Position numbers and translations under genes: made by a program
Source: the human T2T-CHM13v2.0 reference genome, Homo sapiens
Reading direction: 5' to 3' (one strand)
DNA length: 64,000 nt
NCBI RefSeq assembly: GCF_009914755.1
Contig: NC_060926.1
Notes under the pieces: model-generated
Seen by the model: only the letters and a program-made list of their open reading frames with translations
What the model was told of the DNA's origin: nothing
Databases searched by the model: none
Shown: in pieces, positions 12,901-27,670 of the stretch
How the letters are laid out: each line of letters starts with the position of its first letter
Position numbering within the stretch: position 1 is the first letter of the stretch

Positions 12901-14879
12901 GAGTCAAATTAGCTGCCAATATCAAGTTTTCTTCCTTATTTTTTTTCCCTGCTATCTGCAATGGAACACAAATACAGAGGTGTGAAAGATGTCTAATACA
13001 TTTTGCAAATATCCACCATTCTTGAGAACCAGCCTCCTCTTGTAGTGGTGGGCAGAATGTGAAGCATGTCTCCTTGAACAAGTCGCTTGCAGGTGGCAAC
13101 TGACTTTGTTTGCAATCTGGTGACTTCACTAAAGTAGATGTTCTTTTTCAAATGAAGACTATCTATTTGTTAGAAAAATCTGATTTTCCTTAGAATAATA
13201 CTTTGGGACAAATAGAATTATCATGAGTTGATTATTTGAATAACTAGAGCAGAGCAATAAAGTTGCCTTTAAAAGTTTGTGTATAGCACACAAATTCCCC
13301 CGCAGTATGTATTCTATACTGAGTGGTTATGAGCCACTGACTGACCAGAAACATATCTTCCTTAGTGTCTTATGACACAGCTACCATTTCTTTTCTTTAA
13401 GAATAAAGACTAGTTTCATTTGGAAGTTATTACCCCTTAGATGACCAAATCCTGACCCAAGATGCCTAATACATATTCTGCCTTTGAAGCATGATAGTTA
13501 GTTATTTCCCCATCTGCATGTCTTTTTTAAAAACTTCTTAAAAGTCTGTGTAGTTATGACAGAGACCAAGATTCCACAATGTAAATGTGCTTCATTAATC
13601 AACTCGATGATTTGGGGGAGTAATGAACATTTTGCTATTTGACATCTGGTAGTGATTTACAGTAACAGTAACAGGAATTCCTAGTTTACAGAAGTGCACA
13701 TGTATAATATGATTCCTTTTGGTGTATAAAAAACAATCTCCCTGCTGCTTTTCTTGGAAAAAAAAATGGTAGGAGCAAGGGATTTATCAGGATGGGGTTA
13801 GACCTTAAACTTCACGTAGATTTATAAGTAACTAACCAGCTTAGAGCAAAATGTTGTGTGAGCTTTGTAATATGTAAAATCTGGTGTTTATGTAAGCTCT
13901 CAGGCTGGCTCAATACCAGTTACTGGTGAGTGATATCTAAACATAAAATAATTTCTACATAAACTGTGGGTTTGTAAAAATGTAAGCACTATATTTGTGT
14001 GTAGTCTGAAAGAAGGTATTCTTTGAAATAGATTATTAGTGTAGGGCATGATTCTACCCACTGTATTTTTGTGAGTTTTTCTTTTCTTTTTTCTTTCTTG
14101 GAAGACTGATTAGGGACTTGGGTCTTTACCAAAAAGTCAACATGTACTTACACAAAACTTGATATGTGATACACTGACTAAAATGAAGTTTACAATTTAC
14201 TTTAAGTCGACCTTGCTACTGTGCAATGAAAGTTTTAAATGAATGCATAATCATTAGGAATGTGTCGCCTCCAACTAAGCTATTAGAGTACAGGCAGGCT
14301 TCTTGGTAGGATTATCTTACCTACAACACCAATGCTATGTTAATGATTAAATATATAGAGAAAAAAGTCACTGGGCTGGAGGCAGAAAGAAAAATGAGAT
14401 TAGAAAAGATTTTCAAATCATGAGAATTAAGCATTAATGGGTAGTTGTTTAGACTTAAGAAATGCAATACTGTCTTCTAGAGTGGTACATGAAATTAGGT
14501 ATTTATCCCTTTTAAGAAATTCCACATGTAATGAATAAATATGTCAGTGGGGCAGTTATGATGCTTTTTCAAAGAACTCTTTCAAGACTTCTTTGCATAG
14601 TCAAACTTCTTCACAGTCCTCTTAATAGAGTCACTTCTGCATTGAAAGTGGCATTGACATCTAGAGAAAGGAAAATCAAAACCAGAAGGCAAAAGTAGGG
14701 ATGGGGTGGTTGGGTAATACTGGCAAGAAGAGATGCCACCCCATACGTGACCCTGAATTTGAGGCTAAAAGACAAGCCCAGTGGTTTCTCTCTAATTCCT
14801 ATCCACATCCTACTAACTGAGGCCAAAGCTAGCAAGACACTTCCTGGTGGTTAGTGCTTTGGAAAGAGAATGGTTTCTT

Positions 14880-15420
14880 GCTACATCAGTGGTGACTGCT
14901 GCTGTTGCAATGACAGAATCTCATCTGAAAATGGCTTAAGAAAAGAAAAGTAATATATTATCTCATCAAATTAAAATCTCAAGGGAATGGCTGGTCTTGG
15001 GGATTTGGAATTCACACATTTTCATCATGAATCAGTTTCTTGCTATCAATGTTCTCTGCCTTGCACTGTGTTGTCTTCATCATCAAGCCCCACATAGTGA
15101 CTCCCAATAACTCCAGGCTCACATTCAATACATGCCTTAGAGCCAAGCAAATTTGGGCTCCAGTCCTGTACCTGTGTGCTTCTGTGGGCCCAAATATTAC
15201 GAACACAAGAAGCTCAACTTTACCAAAGACACCAGGGTACTTCGTCACTTATAGTTCTGAGCTGAGCTCTGGCACAATGCAACCTATGACCTAAACATCT
15301 CTTGTGACTAAGCCTCTTCAGGCCCCAGGGAAATGCTTCCCTCTATTACCCCAAGACAATGATCAGTTGCTTCCAAAGGCTGTTAGGTATGTAGGTTGTT
15401 AGGCTGCTGACCCAAGATGT
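14880..15420 (-). mobile_element. Old MLT1 (J/K/L-like) LTR
   Basis: gttgcaatgacagaa...tggcttaagaaaag...tattatctca...ctctgccttgc pattern; highly diverged, boundaries approximate. Confidence 0.55.
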
Positions 15421-15899
15421 GGGCACTGCTTTGTAGTCAAGGGCTATTTGAGCAGCAGATGCACTTAGGTAGGAGGGAAGACAAATTCATCAACTTGTCA
15501 AATCTTTTCAGAAAGCAGGAGTAGAGGACTTCTCCCAAAATGAGATATCCTTCTCAGCTGGTGCGGCCTGCTCATTTTATTGATTCTGTTTTGTATTTGC
15601 ATCCATAATTCTGGAAGAACACATGACTTAACACAATTCTTAGAACAGTTGGATACAGTGGCTGAGAAATATTTTGCAATATTAAACAATTCAGTTATTC
15701 TTAAATTTGTACATATTTAGGTTCAGATAGAACATAAATGAAGTAGGATACAAATTCTTTACAAGGATCACTGGATGGACACTGAGTGCTAGTATAGTAA
15801 TAGCTTTATTTCTATGAAAGGTTTGATAAGTTTTAAATAGTTTTCAAAAAATAAGATAAAAGTTAACTTTATTTAAGTACTTTTCTTTAAAACTGTACA

Positions 15900-16297
15900 A
15901 AAGTTAATTACAATTTATATATTTTGAATATTTTAGAAAAAATGTGAAAATCACAAAAAATTAACTTTGTTAAATTTCAATTTTAATTTACACTTTTTAT
16001 TAAGATACACGCAGATATGATATACTTTGGTTATAGTTATGTATTATCCTCAACCTTTTTAGATCATTAAGAATAACGAGTAATATTTTCTTAATTTCTA
16101 GTCATATAAAAATGGCAGAATTAAGCCTATTTTAAAAATTTTACCATTATGAAGGTATGGCTGTGTCAAGATAGAAAACTAGTACATGTTTTATTTAATC
16201 ATTTATTATGTTGAGGTGCAACTTTAAAATATGTCTAATGTATATGTCTCCATTTGCATCTCTAGCCCAGGCTCTGCAGACATTTAGGGAGGGTCTG
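15900..16297 (-). mobile_element. hAT-Tip100 (Arthur1-like) DNA transposon fragment
   Basis: Reverse strand begins CAGACCCTCCCTAAATGTCTGCAGAGCCTGGGC...CAAATGGAG, resembling an Arthur1 terminus; left boundary uncertain. Confidence 0.5.
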
Positions 16298-17839
16298 AGC
16301 AAACCATTTCAACACCAAGCCCAGCAGAAGAAGTGGCCCTAGAAAGCAGTGAAAGAAATTTTGCTCAAACATAAAGTTCTGGAATTGAGTTTCATTTGTA
16401 CCATTTGCCTGATGTAGTCAAATTTCTATTATTTTTTACCTATCAAAGACCTGGTTAATATTGCAGTGCGGCAATAAGTGAGTGGACCAATAGTTTTAGA
16501 GACCTTTAAGTTTCATAGACTAAGAAAAATGTGAAAATTTCTGACACATGATTTTAGAAAAAAATTAATTTGGCTGAAAGGTGAAAATACAGACCTTAAA
16601 CTATGCTTCCAGACACCACCTGTAGAGATTTAATTTCAGTTGAAGAAGTTTTGTTTTGTTACGCAAAGGTGAAAATAAAGACTAGGAACCAAAAAACCTA
16701 GAAATGATTCCCACATCCTTATGGTTTCACTCGCAAATTTCTCCATAGGTCACTCTCTGCCCGGAAGACTGCTGGCTCCTGTGTAGACACAGGACCAATA
16801 ACTAGATGTTTCTCTTACTGCACACATAATCAAATTATCTCTAAGCATAAAAATCAATGTTAATAATTTAGAAATACAACCCAGCAAGACATCTGATCTC
16901 AAATAGTACACAATAAAAACAGTTCCAAAGGACCCCAAATCAAATTGAAACTTACTAATAATTATGAAACCATACTACATTTTTGAAAGTTTTATATATA
17001 ATTTTTTCAAAGTCCTCTGACATTTATCATCTTATTCAATGACAATTTGGACAATGTAGTAAACTACACTGATTTGTTTTCCTTTTCAATTAAAGGATAA
17101 TGTTGCCCTAAGAAAGGTGATGGGGAATTTCCTTACTTTACAGTTTAGTAGTTTTTTGCTTTGTGAATGTTTGTAAATGTTTTGATCCACGTGGATGTAG
17201 TCCAAATAGATGCTTGGGAGGGGTTCAAGTGGTTTCAGCAACAATGTTATACTATTTTCTCATATATAAATAACCAGCCATACCCTTTTTCAATTAAGGG
17301 ACAAGTATTGGTACCCAAACTGACAAGCTAAACTACTTGCTTAGTAGTCTCCTACAATTTTATAGTGAAGATGAATCATTTCCACTTCCATAATATGGAA
17401 TTGACCAGAAACCAGTCAAAATTAAAACAAAATTGATCATTTTCATTCATAACATTAAAATTGTTATTTTTGGTCTATTTTGGTTATGTCTAGTGTCCCT
17501 GAAGACTAACTAAATGAAAAGTGCAAAGGACAACTTGGAAAGGACAACTTACTGGAGGTTGTTAGTATTAGACAAATACTAACAAGAGGGCTTGGCATCA
17601 CCTGACTAATATCAGTCATTAAGGGTGATAGACAACCCAGTTGAGCTCTTTGGCCTTTCAAATCTTCCAAGGGGCATATTTACTCCCAATGACTAGAGGT
17701 GGGTGTAACTCTTTAACCTACCTGGGTTATATGAATCGCTTCTCTTTACAATTGAAATCAGCTTTTACATTTATAAAAGCTTGTTTCTTGGAAGGGCAAA
17801 GATGATCGGATTCATTCATGTATTTACTCATTCTCCCAG

Positions 17840-17889
17840 GAAACCCTTCTTGAGCAGCATCCTGTTCAACTAAGACCACCATTCCTCAG
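17840..17889 (+). ncRNA. Candidate 50-nt exon of an unidentified transcript
   Basis: Acceptor tttactcattctcccag and perfect donor CAG|GTAAGT; no expression evidence. Confidence 0.3.
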
Positions 17890-17931
17890 GTAAGTCACAT
17901 GCACTAAAGCTAGGTCAACAGGGAGCTGTTC

Positions 17932-18190
<259 letters not shown>

Positions 18191-19229
18191 TTGGGGAACT
18201 GTTCTATAGGCACCTTACTCACTCATATCCAAACCCTGGCCTTCAAAAGAAAGAAAGGACTTGGGCTGAAACCATGTGCATAATATTCCATTGAAGTTGA
18301 AATTTACTTGGGGTTTCTGTCCACACAACCTTCAGAGAGGATCTTTCCAATTCACCTTTTATCTCTTCTTTATCATCTCCAAAAGAGGATTCTGCGGTTG
18401 CTTCCAAATCTCACACTAAGAAGGTTATTGTCAACCAAGCCTGCCATTAACATGATTTGTAAGTGAAAGGAGAAATTACAAAAAAAAAAATTGGCCTTTG
18501 GCTTAAAGTATTTTTTACTATTTGTAATAATAACATTAGCTGGGTATTTAATATGTTAAAAACTCAATTAAGATATACTTCTTAGTCAATTTATTTTTTG
18601 TATTAATTTTCTTGGCCTGTTATACTTCCTACTGGCCAAGGAAACAAAGTTCCTCCTCTAGCCCTTAATTTCTTAACAAAATTGCCATCAAAGCAAGTAC
18701 CAGAATGATTGCCTTTGCATACACTATCACTTTGCTGGAGCCAGGTGGGAAAATTTGTCTTTGGACTCTGTAATGGAAAATACTAAACTGGCTCATTGTT
18801 AAATGACAAAAGCATTTATTTAAAAAATATAGGGATACTACAAGCATAAGCCTCAAAATCGGTGTTTATAAAGTAGAGGATCTCACACCAAAATACTCCA
18901 TTTCTCAGATCTGTCTCAGCTCCTTTCTTTATAGGCACTGCCAGCCTCCCACTCTTGTCTTGAGGAGCACAGAGTTTTGCATAGCTGTGGACTTAAGGCC
19001 AGTCACAATAGAGACTGGTAGACACTGGCCGAGCAGCTGCCTGAGAGGTGGGACAGCGTCCAGTAGGTTGCTCTCAAGGCTGGGCTCTGTTGCTCTGCCA
19101 TTGTGGCACAGGGTCACCTTGAAGCACTTCCAATATACTTCTAGTGTGTGTGGAGATGACCCTCTTCAATCAAGAAAATTTGGGAGTGAAACTCCCCTGT
19201 TAATTCAACTAATCTCATAATTTACATTA

Positions 19230-19433
19230 TGAGTCAATTCTTACGAATATGACTGTGCTGAGTCAAAGTTCACAGTTGCTGTCTAGCTACGATTCCAAAA
19301 AAGCCTCTAGCACTTTGTCTCGTTCACGATAGCTGTTCAAAACATAACTGCTGCCATCACTTTTCTTGTTAGAGGAGGGAACACACCGTGGAACGTCTTA
19401 CCAAGTTCCAGGCAACTTGGGGGTACTGACTCA
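19230..19433. promoter_or_regulatory. Candidate enhancer with an AP-1/ARE motif cluster
   Basis: TGAGTCA at 19230 and 19259 (within TGCTGAGTCA), TGACTCA at 19427, in non-repeat sequence. Confidence 0.4.
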
Positions 19434-19585
19434 CAAACACTGAAGGGAATGAGTAAAAAGGTAATCTATTTTTGGCTTAAATAAACTCCTATTTGCATGG
19501 TTGTTCTAGGCTTCTCTTTAAGGGCCCCATCTTTCTTCATTCCAGACAATCCCCTTTATCCTTCACCTCTACCTCCATCCCATAA

Positions 19586-19631
19586 CACACACACACACAC
19601 ACACACACACCCCACCACCACCACCACCACC
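19586..19631. repeat. (AC)n followed by (CCA)n microsatellite
   Basis: Read directly from sequence. Confidence 0.95.
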
Positions 19632-20167
19632 TCCACTATGGCCACCATAAACAACAAAATAATCTATTTGTCTAAACTCTATCAGCCTGTGTCTCAATTA
19701 TCATCCTTCACTGTCCTTGGGTGAGAACATATTCTGACATCTCTCAATCCCCCAGAACAGCCTTAGAAGCATCTTGTTCCCTAAGCATTTCCCAGGGTTG
19801 CAGGACACCACCCTTGCACACTTGTAGGTAATCCCACAGACCCCAAGAATGTCAGAATGACACAAAGCAGTTCAGATCAATGCTCTCCATTCTCAACCAG
19901 ATTTTCACAGTTTTGTACAAAACAAAAGACCCTTTCTTTAATGTCAGTTGAGGCATAGTGAGGACTTGTTTTCTCAGGGTTGTGGACCCCTGACCTATTT
20001 AGGCAAGAGGTAAGTAAACAGAAGATGAAAGAAAAGTTTACAGAACCTCTACAGACCCGAGGGATGTCCCCAAAGCAAGAAGTTCCTTTGCGGAGACTAA
20101 AATCTGCCCCTGCTGCCTGTGCAAAAGGAGGTTTGGGGGAAGGGGAGGGAGAAGGGAAGTTGCTCAC

Positions 20168-20284
20168 CTTGTACTCAAAGCTGGAGCCAGATGTTCGCTT
20201 TGACTTTGCTCTGATGCTTTGGGTTCACTTATGCGCCCAATTCATCCCAGCTTCCATCAGTTGCAGATCAATTTCTAAATTGTT
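20168..20284 (-). ncRNA. Candidate 117-nt non-coding exon
   Basis: Acceptor tttcattatgtggctttcccag, donor AAG|GTGAGC; stop codons in all three frames. Confidence 0.3.
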
Positions 20285-21284
20285 CTGGGAAAGCCACATA
20301 ATGAAAACTTGTCAGTGAAGAAAAATGACTAGTGTCAGTTCTAGCCCTGACTCGTGACCAGTTACTAGTAGGAGTTTAATGTTCCTAGGGTTTCCCTTAG
20401 TGGAATATCATATATACCACCTTTCTAATGCACACAGTAGTGTGAATTAGCTTTTTGAAACTGCAGGAGAGCCTATAATTTAAGGACTCAGGGCCATAAC
20501 CACAGCAAAGGAAAGGATTAGGGTTAAAAATAGAATGGTCCAAAAATACCACTGGAAGCATTTGTACCTAGTATCAAGATTTTGCCAAAAGAAAGAGCAG
20601 CCAGTATACTCTCAACACCTCCTTAGAGAACATTAAATTCAGAAACACAGCTTTAGATTTGTCGATAGGATACATAAAACCCAACATTCTGTGGCTATAA
20701 TTAAATCACTTTAAAATCCCAATCTAAAACACAATAACACATTTTTCAAATCATTTTGTCATATGAAGAGGATGGGAACACTTTAAAAGTGGATATTTGG
20801 AAATTTTGTGTTTGAGCTAGTTGGTGAGTTCTGCCAGGAGATAGGTAAATTGCTTACAGGTGCAATTCCATTGTATTCAAATGAAGGTATTTCTAACTCC
20901 ACCTAAACAAGCAACTGGAAAATGTTGGAGGAGTTATTGTGAATTGAGTGTGGGAAGTGCTTCATGGATCTCCTCTCATTACTAAAACACATTATGAAAA
21001 GCAAGTCAGTTGTTTGCATGTCCTGATGGCAGAGTCAGAGGACAGGGCTGGGAGATCCAAGGTACCTTCTTGCATAAAAAGAAGGTATAGATTTAGGGTC
21101 TTTACTAAGAAAGAATAAACACAAACAGTCTACAAATTTGATGGTAAGTGTAGGATAATAAACATAAGATTATCGCAGTAATTGTAGGCAAGATTCTGGT
21201 TTCCTAATTTTCTTTGACCTGGTTATTCCTACTGATTACATCACACTAAAATGCACTGAAACTCCATATTTAGGGAGTTAACCC

Positions 21285-21897
21285 TGTCTGTTAATTGCAG
21301 TAGCCTCCTAACTGGTTTGCAGTTTTCCCTCTTGTTCCCTTAGCATTACCACACAGAAATAAATCAGACCACACCTTTCTACTGCTCTCATTACGATCCA
21401 GCCTCTTACCTTGTGTTTTCAATGCCTGATCTTTCAATCCCTGTCTCCTTCTTCAAGATTGTCTCCCATTCTCTTCCTCCTCACTCCCTCATTTTTAGGC
21501 ATCCTAGCCTTTGTCATATTCCTAAGAGACATAGAACTAGTTTGCACTTGCTTTTTCCTCTGCCTGAAATGCTCTTCTCTGAGTATTTTCACACAGCTTT
21601 CTTATTTCATCCAAGTCTTGGTCAATTGTAACTTTCTCAGGCAGGCTTTATTTGGCTTTCCAAAGAAAGAGCCATTCTGCCACCTCTCCTATCTCTCTGA
21701 ACACTTTATCTGTCTTTTTTTTCCTTTACATCACTTATCACTACTGGACATTAAATAATAGATGTATGTTATTCAATATTATCTTTATCTCCATTAGAAT
21801 GCCAAATTCTGAAAGGGAGGAATCTTCTCTTATTTTTATTCACCACTGTATTCTCACTACCTAGAAAAGTAAGAATCCGTAAATGTTTGTTGAAATG
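21285..21897 (+). mobile_element. L2 3' end
   Basis: gcagtagcctcctaactggt...ttagaatgccaaattc...ttcaccactgtattctc...aaatgtttgttgaa. Confidence 0.75.
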
Positions 21898-21974
21898 GAG
21901 AAACATCCATAAAGAGTGAGAAAATAATTCTGAAATAGGTACACACTAAAATGTTCATAAAAATAATCGCATCA

Positions 21975-22582
21975 ACTCGTGCCTCCCAAATTTGCCAGAT
22001 CATAAAAACCATTTCAGTAGCTTAAAACAAAACAAAACAAAACAAAAACAAGATGAACACTTAGGACCCATCTCAGACTTAGTAATTTCGGGACTTCAGA
22101 GGAAGGCCTCTCTGTCTTAGTTTGCTCAGGTTGCCATAACAAAATTCCACAGGCTGAAGCCTTAAACAATAGAAATTAATTTTTTCACAGTTCTGGAGGC
22201 CGGAATTCCAAGATCAAGGTGCTTATAGATTCTGTTTCTGGTGAGGCCTCTCTTCCTGTCTTGCAAGCAACCACCTTCTAGCTCTGTCTATGTTCAAGTG
22301 GCCTCTTTGTACATGTGCACAGAGAGAGAAATATGGCATCTGCTACTCTTCTTATAGGGACACCAGTCCCATAGGATTAGGGTCTCACCCTTATTCCCTC
22401 ATTTAACCTTAATTACCTCCCTAAACGCCCAATCTTCAAATATATATTACAGGTTAAAACTTCAACATATCATTTTAGGGGGACATAATTCAGTCCATAA
22501 TGCTCTTAAAAGCTATATATTTATAACAAGATCCAAAGTTCCTAGGCAATTTTTATGGCCAATAAAGTTTGTGAAGCAGTAC
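21975..22582. mobile_element. MER5-like hAT element interrupted by MLT1A
   Basis: cctcccaaatttgccagatcataaaaacc on the left, ataaagtttgtgaagcagt on the right. Confidence 0.55.
22113..22502 (-). mobile_element. MLT1A/MLT1A0 solo LTR
   Basis: tgtcttagtttgctcagg...ggggacataattcagtccataa; TSD ctctc/ctctt. Confidence 0.85.
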
Positions 22583-22893
22583 TTAAGAATGAAAACAACA
22601 CCCCCAGCCATATGGAAAACAGTCCTGTGGTTCTTTGTGTTTAAATCAGTCTTACAATATGGGGAAACATCCTTAGAAAAGGATTTTAACATTAAGCTAA
22701 GGTTTCCAGTGTATTGAAAGAAGAACTATACAGCTATGAAGGATAGTAACCAAATTCTAACCACCCACCCACCCCCTTTTTTTTTTTTTTTTTTTTACTT
22801 TAAAAGTTTCCGGAGAAAGTCAAAGTTGTTCCTCAGTTTTAATGAGATTTACCTAAATGGTCTGTTGATTGAAGAGTCTAAGCAGGGTGCTAG

Positions 22894-24108
<1,215 letters not shown>

Positions 24109-25057
24109 CTAGAGTGACAAGGGTGGGGCAGGTAGACAGCTATTGTTCTAAAGCTCAGCGTTTGCTGGGGGAGGTCTATGTATTAAGGCGGCAGGTCCAG
24201 TTTAGGCCAGCTTACCACTTCTATTGCAAGTTCAATTTAGAGCTTACCTCCTCTCAGGCCTGGACTTGGAGAGGGAAGGGGTTGTGTTTTGCCCTTCTAC
24301 TGCTTCCCACCACCCCTGTTTTTTTAAGCTCCTCAGGGTTAAGTAGGAAGGTGAAGATTAAAAGGACAAAACTATTTTTCATTAGGTGGATCTTGTGGTC
24401 TTCCTGTGGCTATCAATGCGCCTCTGTGTGACAGTAGCCTAGCTACTGTCTTGAGGGAACCTAAGTGAACTATGTAAGGCAGTAAGCGGAACATGGGGGG
24501 ATCTTCCTACTTCCCAGTTCTCTGCTGGAGAGATGTTCTATGTTTTGACCTCTTTTGAAATCCCCTTAGCTTCCTCTCCTGTAGATACACTGTTATCGCT
24601 TGTTATTATGATTCCTTTGACTGTATTTCGCAGTATCTTAATGACTGATGGAAGATACAGGTAAAACAGGCCAAGTAGTGAGAGTCTAGAAGGTTTCATG
24701 GTGGAATTTTCTCTCTTTCTACTTCCTTTTCCACCTGCTCAAATAGACAAAAAGGAGACAAGCTGGCTTCCCAAGCTGGACTACAACCAGGAATTGAGAT
24801 GTCAGCTTCTTCCAGCTACAGATATTCCTCATCCCATCTTCCTGGGAGCTTCCTCTTGCTCCCATCTGAGGAAAATCCTGACCTTTCCTCCTAGGCCAAG
24901 CCCTCATTAAACTGTTTTGAAATTCCCTCTCTCCCCTGTATCTTCTGATTATGTAAGTGTTGGAAGGAAAGAGGATGTAGCAGAGCTGGCTGATCACATC
25001 GTCAGAGGCCCAGGATAGGCTTAGGAGGCACTGGCAGTGTTATTTTTAACCTTACAC

Positions 25058-25384
25058 CAGCAGTCCCAAGCTTTTTGGCACCAGAGACTGGTTTCATGGA
25101 AGACAATTTTTCTACAGATGGTGGGTGAGGGTAGAGGATGGTTTCAGGATGAAACTGTTCCACTTCAGATCATCAGGCATTAGATTCTCATAAGGAGTGT
25201 GCAACCTAGATCCCTCGCACATGCAGTTGACAGTAGGGCTCGTACTCCTGTGAGAATCTAATGCCACCACTGATCTGCCAGGAGGTAGAGCTCAGGGAGT
25301 AATGCTCACCTCCTGCTGTGCTGCCTGGTTCCTTACAGGTCACAGATAGGTACCAGTCCACTGGCCAGGGGTTGGGGATCCCTG
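25058..25384 (+). mobile_element. MER1B (hAT-Charlie MITE)
   Basis: TIRs cagcagtcccaa and ttggggatccctg; 8-bp TSD ccttacac/ccttacag. Confidence 0.92.
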
Positions 25385-26533
25385 CCTTACAGCTTGAGCT
25401 GCAATTCTGAAACAATGGGAAAAGTCCGATTCACATCCACTGTCAAAAAGTTTCAGGAGGCTTACATGTTTGATACATAGTTGCAAGTTTCTGCCAATGC
25501 AGACTCTATATGATATGTCCTGTGTCACTGAGGGGCTTCTGGAGGCTTCTGATGGACCACTTAGTAGCAGGTTTGATTTTTTTCCTTTACACAGTAAATA
25601 AACCCTTGGGTAGACTAAATTTTAAAATTCATCGTTATCTTCTCACAGTGTTTGAAGATTTTTTTCCTAATTCCTTTCCCATCAAATTTTGATACCACAG
25701 ATAAACTTTCTATATTTTATGTAATAACTAATATTTTCATGCTTCCCCTCCCAATAACTGGTTTTCACTTCCTTGGGGGCAGTATTGCCCCTATTGAGAA
25801 TTCATGGGGTAAAGTAATAGCATTGAAACAGCAGATTTCAGAGTACTCTTAAATATAATATTGTTGTATAAAGCTCAATTACCATAACTCTTATCCGAGG
25901 TAGTTGTTAAAATTTTTTAAAGAAACACTTCAGGTCTGCTCTGAAGCATCCTCTTGGATTGCACAGCAAAGTTCTTAGTTTGGGAAAACTATGATCACCA
26001 AAATGGGTTCCTGAACCCAGTACCCCATTACCTGGGCAAGCTGTTTCATAGTTGTTCCTCTTCAACTTCCATTTCGGCCAAAAAAAAAAAAAAATCCAAG
26101 AATTATAAGCCCTTTCCTTCAGCAGATGTCCTCTTTATAGACACTGGACTTCATTCAAATTTAACCTTTGAGGACAATGCCAACTCTATGTTTCTTTTGA
26201 TATGTAAGTGCTACACTTTGTCAAAGCCTAATTCTCTACTTGAGTCTGTTATGTCAGAGAGGGACATAATGTGTGATTTTCTGCTTTCACCTTAACTGTA
26301 AAGGTGAACTTCAAATTTTCAATTAGAAGTAATAGTCTATAAACTTCCACATAAAAATGTACAATTTTCTTTCCCAATACATAGTCTTATTCTTTCTCAT
26401 TAGAGAGCTATATTGAACAATGGGGCTTTGCTTGTACATGGTAACGAAAGTGCCATGCCTGAAAAAAAAAAAAGCCATAAAATGGGAGCCCAAAACAAAG
26501 GCTTGAGAAATTTATATAAAGATTTGGGGTTTT

Positions 26534-26826
26534 GGCTGGGTGCAGTGGCTCACGCTTGTAATCCCAGCACTTTGGGAGGCAGAGACAGGCGGATCATGAG
26601 GTCAGGAGTTCAAGACCAGCCTGGCCAAGATGGTGAAAACCTCTCTCTACTAAAAATATGAAAAATTAGCCGGACGTGGTGGGTGGCGGGTGCCTGTAAT
26701 CCCAGCTGTTCAGGAGGCGGAGGCAGAGAATTGCTTGAACCGAGGAGATGGAGATTGCAGTTAGCCGAGTTCATGCCATTGCACTCCAGCCTGGGTGACA
26801 GAGCGAGACTCCGTCTCAAAAAAAAA
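26534..26826 (+). mobile_element. AluSg-like
   Basis: Full dimer; TSD aaagatttggggtttt/aaagattttgggtttt. Confidence 0.93.
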
Positions 26827-27164
26827 GATTTTGGGTTTTATTGTAATTCCCCTGAAATAATGCTATACACAGTACCTTTCAAATTTCTTCCATGACAATA
26901 GAGAGGAAAATTGGGGAATAATAAACTATTCCTTTATTCATGTACTCTCCTTACCTCTCACCTGCCACCAACCAATGTCATCAGCTAAGCATTCAATTGT
27001 AAGAATAATTACAAAATTAGGAGTTAGAATTTGGACTTGTATAGAGTAGTTTTATCTTCTATAAAAAGAATTCCACTGGAATAAAATACAAAAAGCTGAA
27101 TAAAACGTAATAATAGAAAATTAAGAATGAGAGAGAAAATGCCAAGAAGTAATCTTGTTTTTAT

Positions 27165-27670
27165 AATATACTGCATTCAGCTACAAGTAACAGAGAGCTT
27201 CAACAGCTTAAAAAAAAGAAGAATCCCAGAGATAAGGCATGGTTTGGTGACTGGCTCAATCCTGGTGTCCTGGATCCAGGTTCCTTCTACCTCTCTGGTT
27301 TGCCATTCAGCCACAGAAGCTACTTTCCTCATGGTGATAAGATAGATGCAGTAGCTCCTGGCACCCCATCCAGGTCTGAGAAGGACAAAGTCAGATTGTT
27401 CCTTGTGTTTCTTTTTATTAGTCAGGAAAAGCTTTCCTGGAAGGTTCCTAGCAGACTTCCTTTTATGTCTTCCTGGCTAGAAGTGTGTAGGGCCACCATG
27501 AGTGGGTTAGAAAAATTCCCGAGGGCCTGCAAGTGGTAACAACTTCCTAATAAAACCAAATAGTTTAAGCAGAGGAAGATGGAAACCAAGATAACTTTAG
27601 AGCACAGCCAGCCAGAAAGAGGGATGGAGTGTGGGGCTGGGGGTTAGCAGTTGGAGCAGTCACCAGATCA
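27165..27670 (-). mobile_element. Old MLT1 (J/K-like) LTR
   Basis: gcattcagctacaagtaacaga...ccaggttccttctacctctctg...cctcatggtgataagat. Confidence 0.6.

Noticed and set aside
13082-13101. CTCF-like gcttgcaggtggcaac
   Set aside because: Mismatches in the conserved 5' CC positions make it too weak to call.
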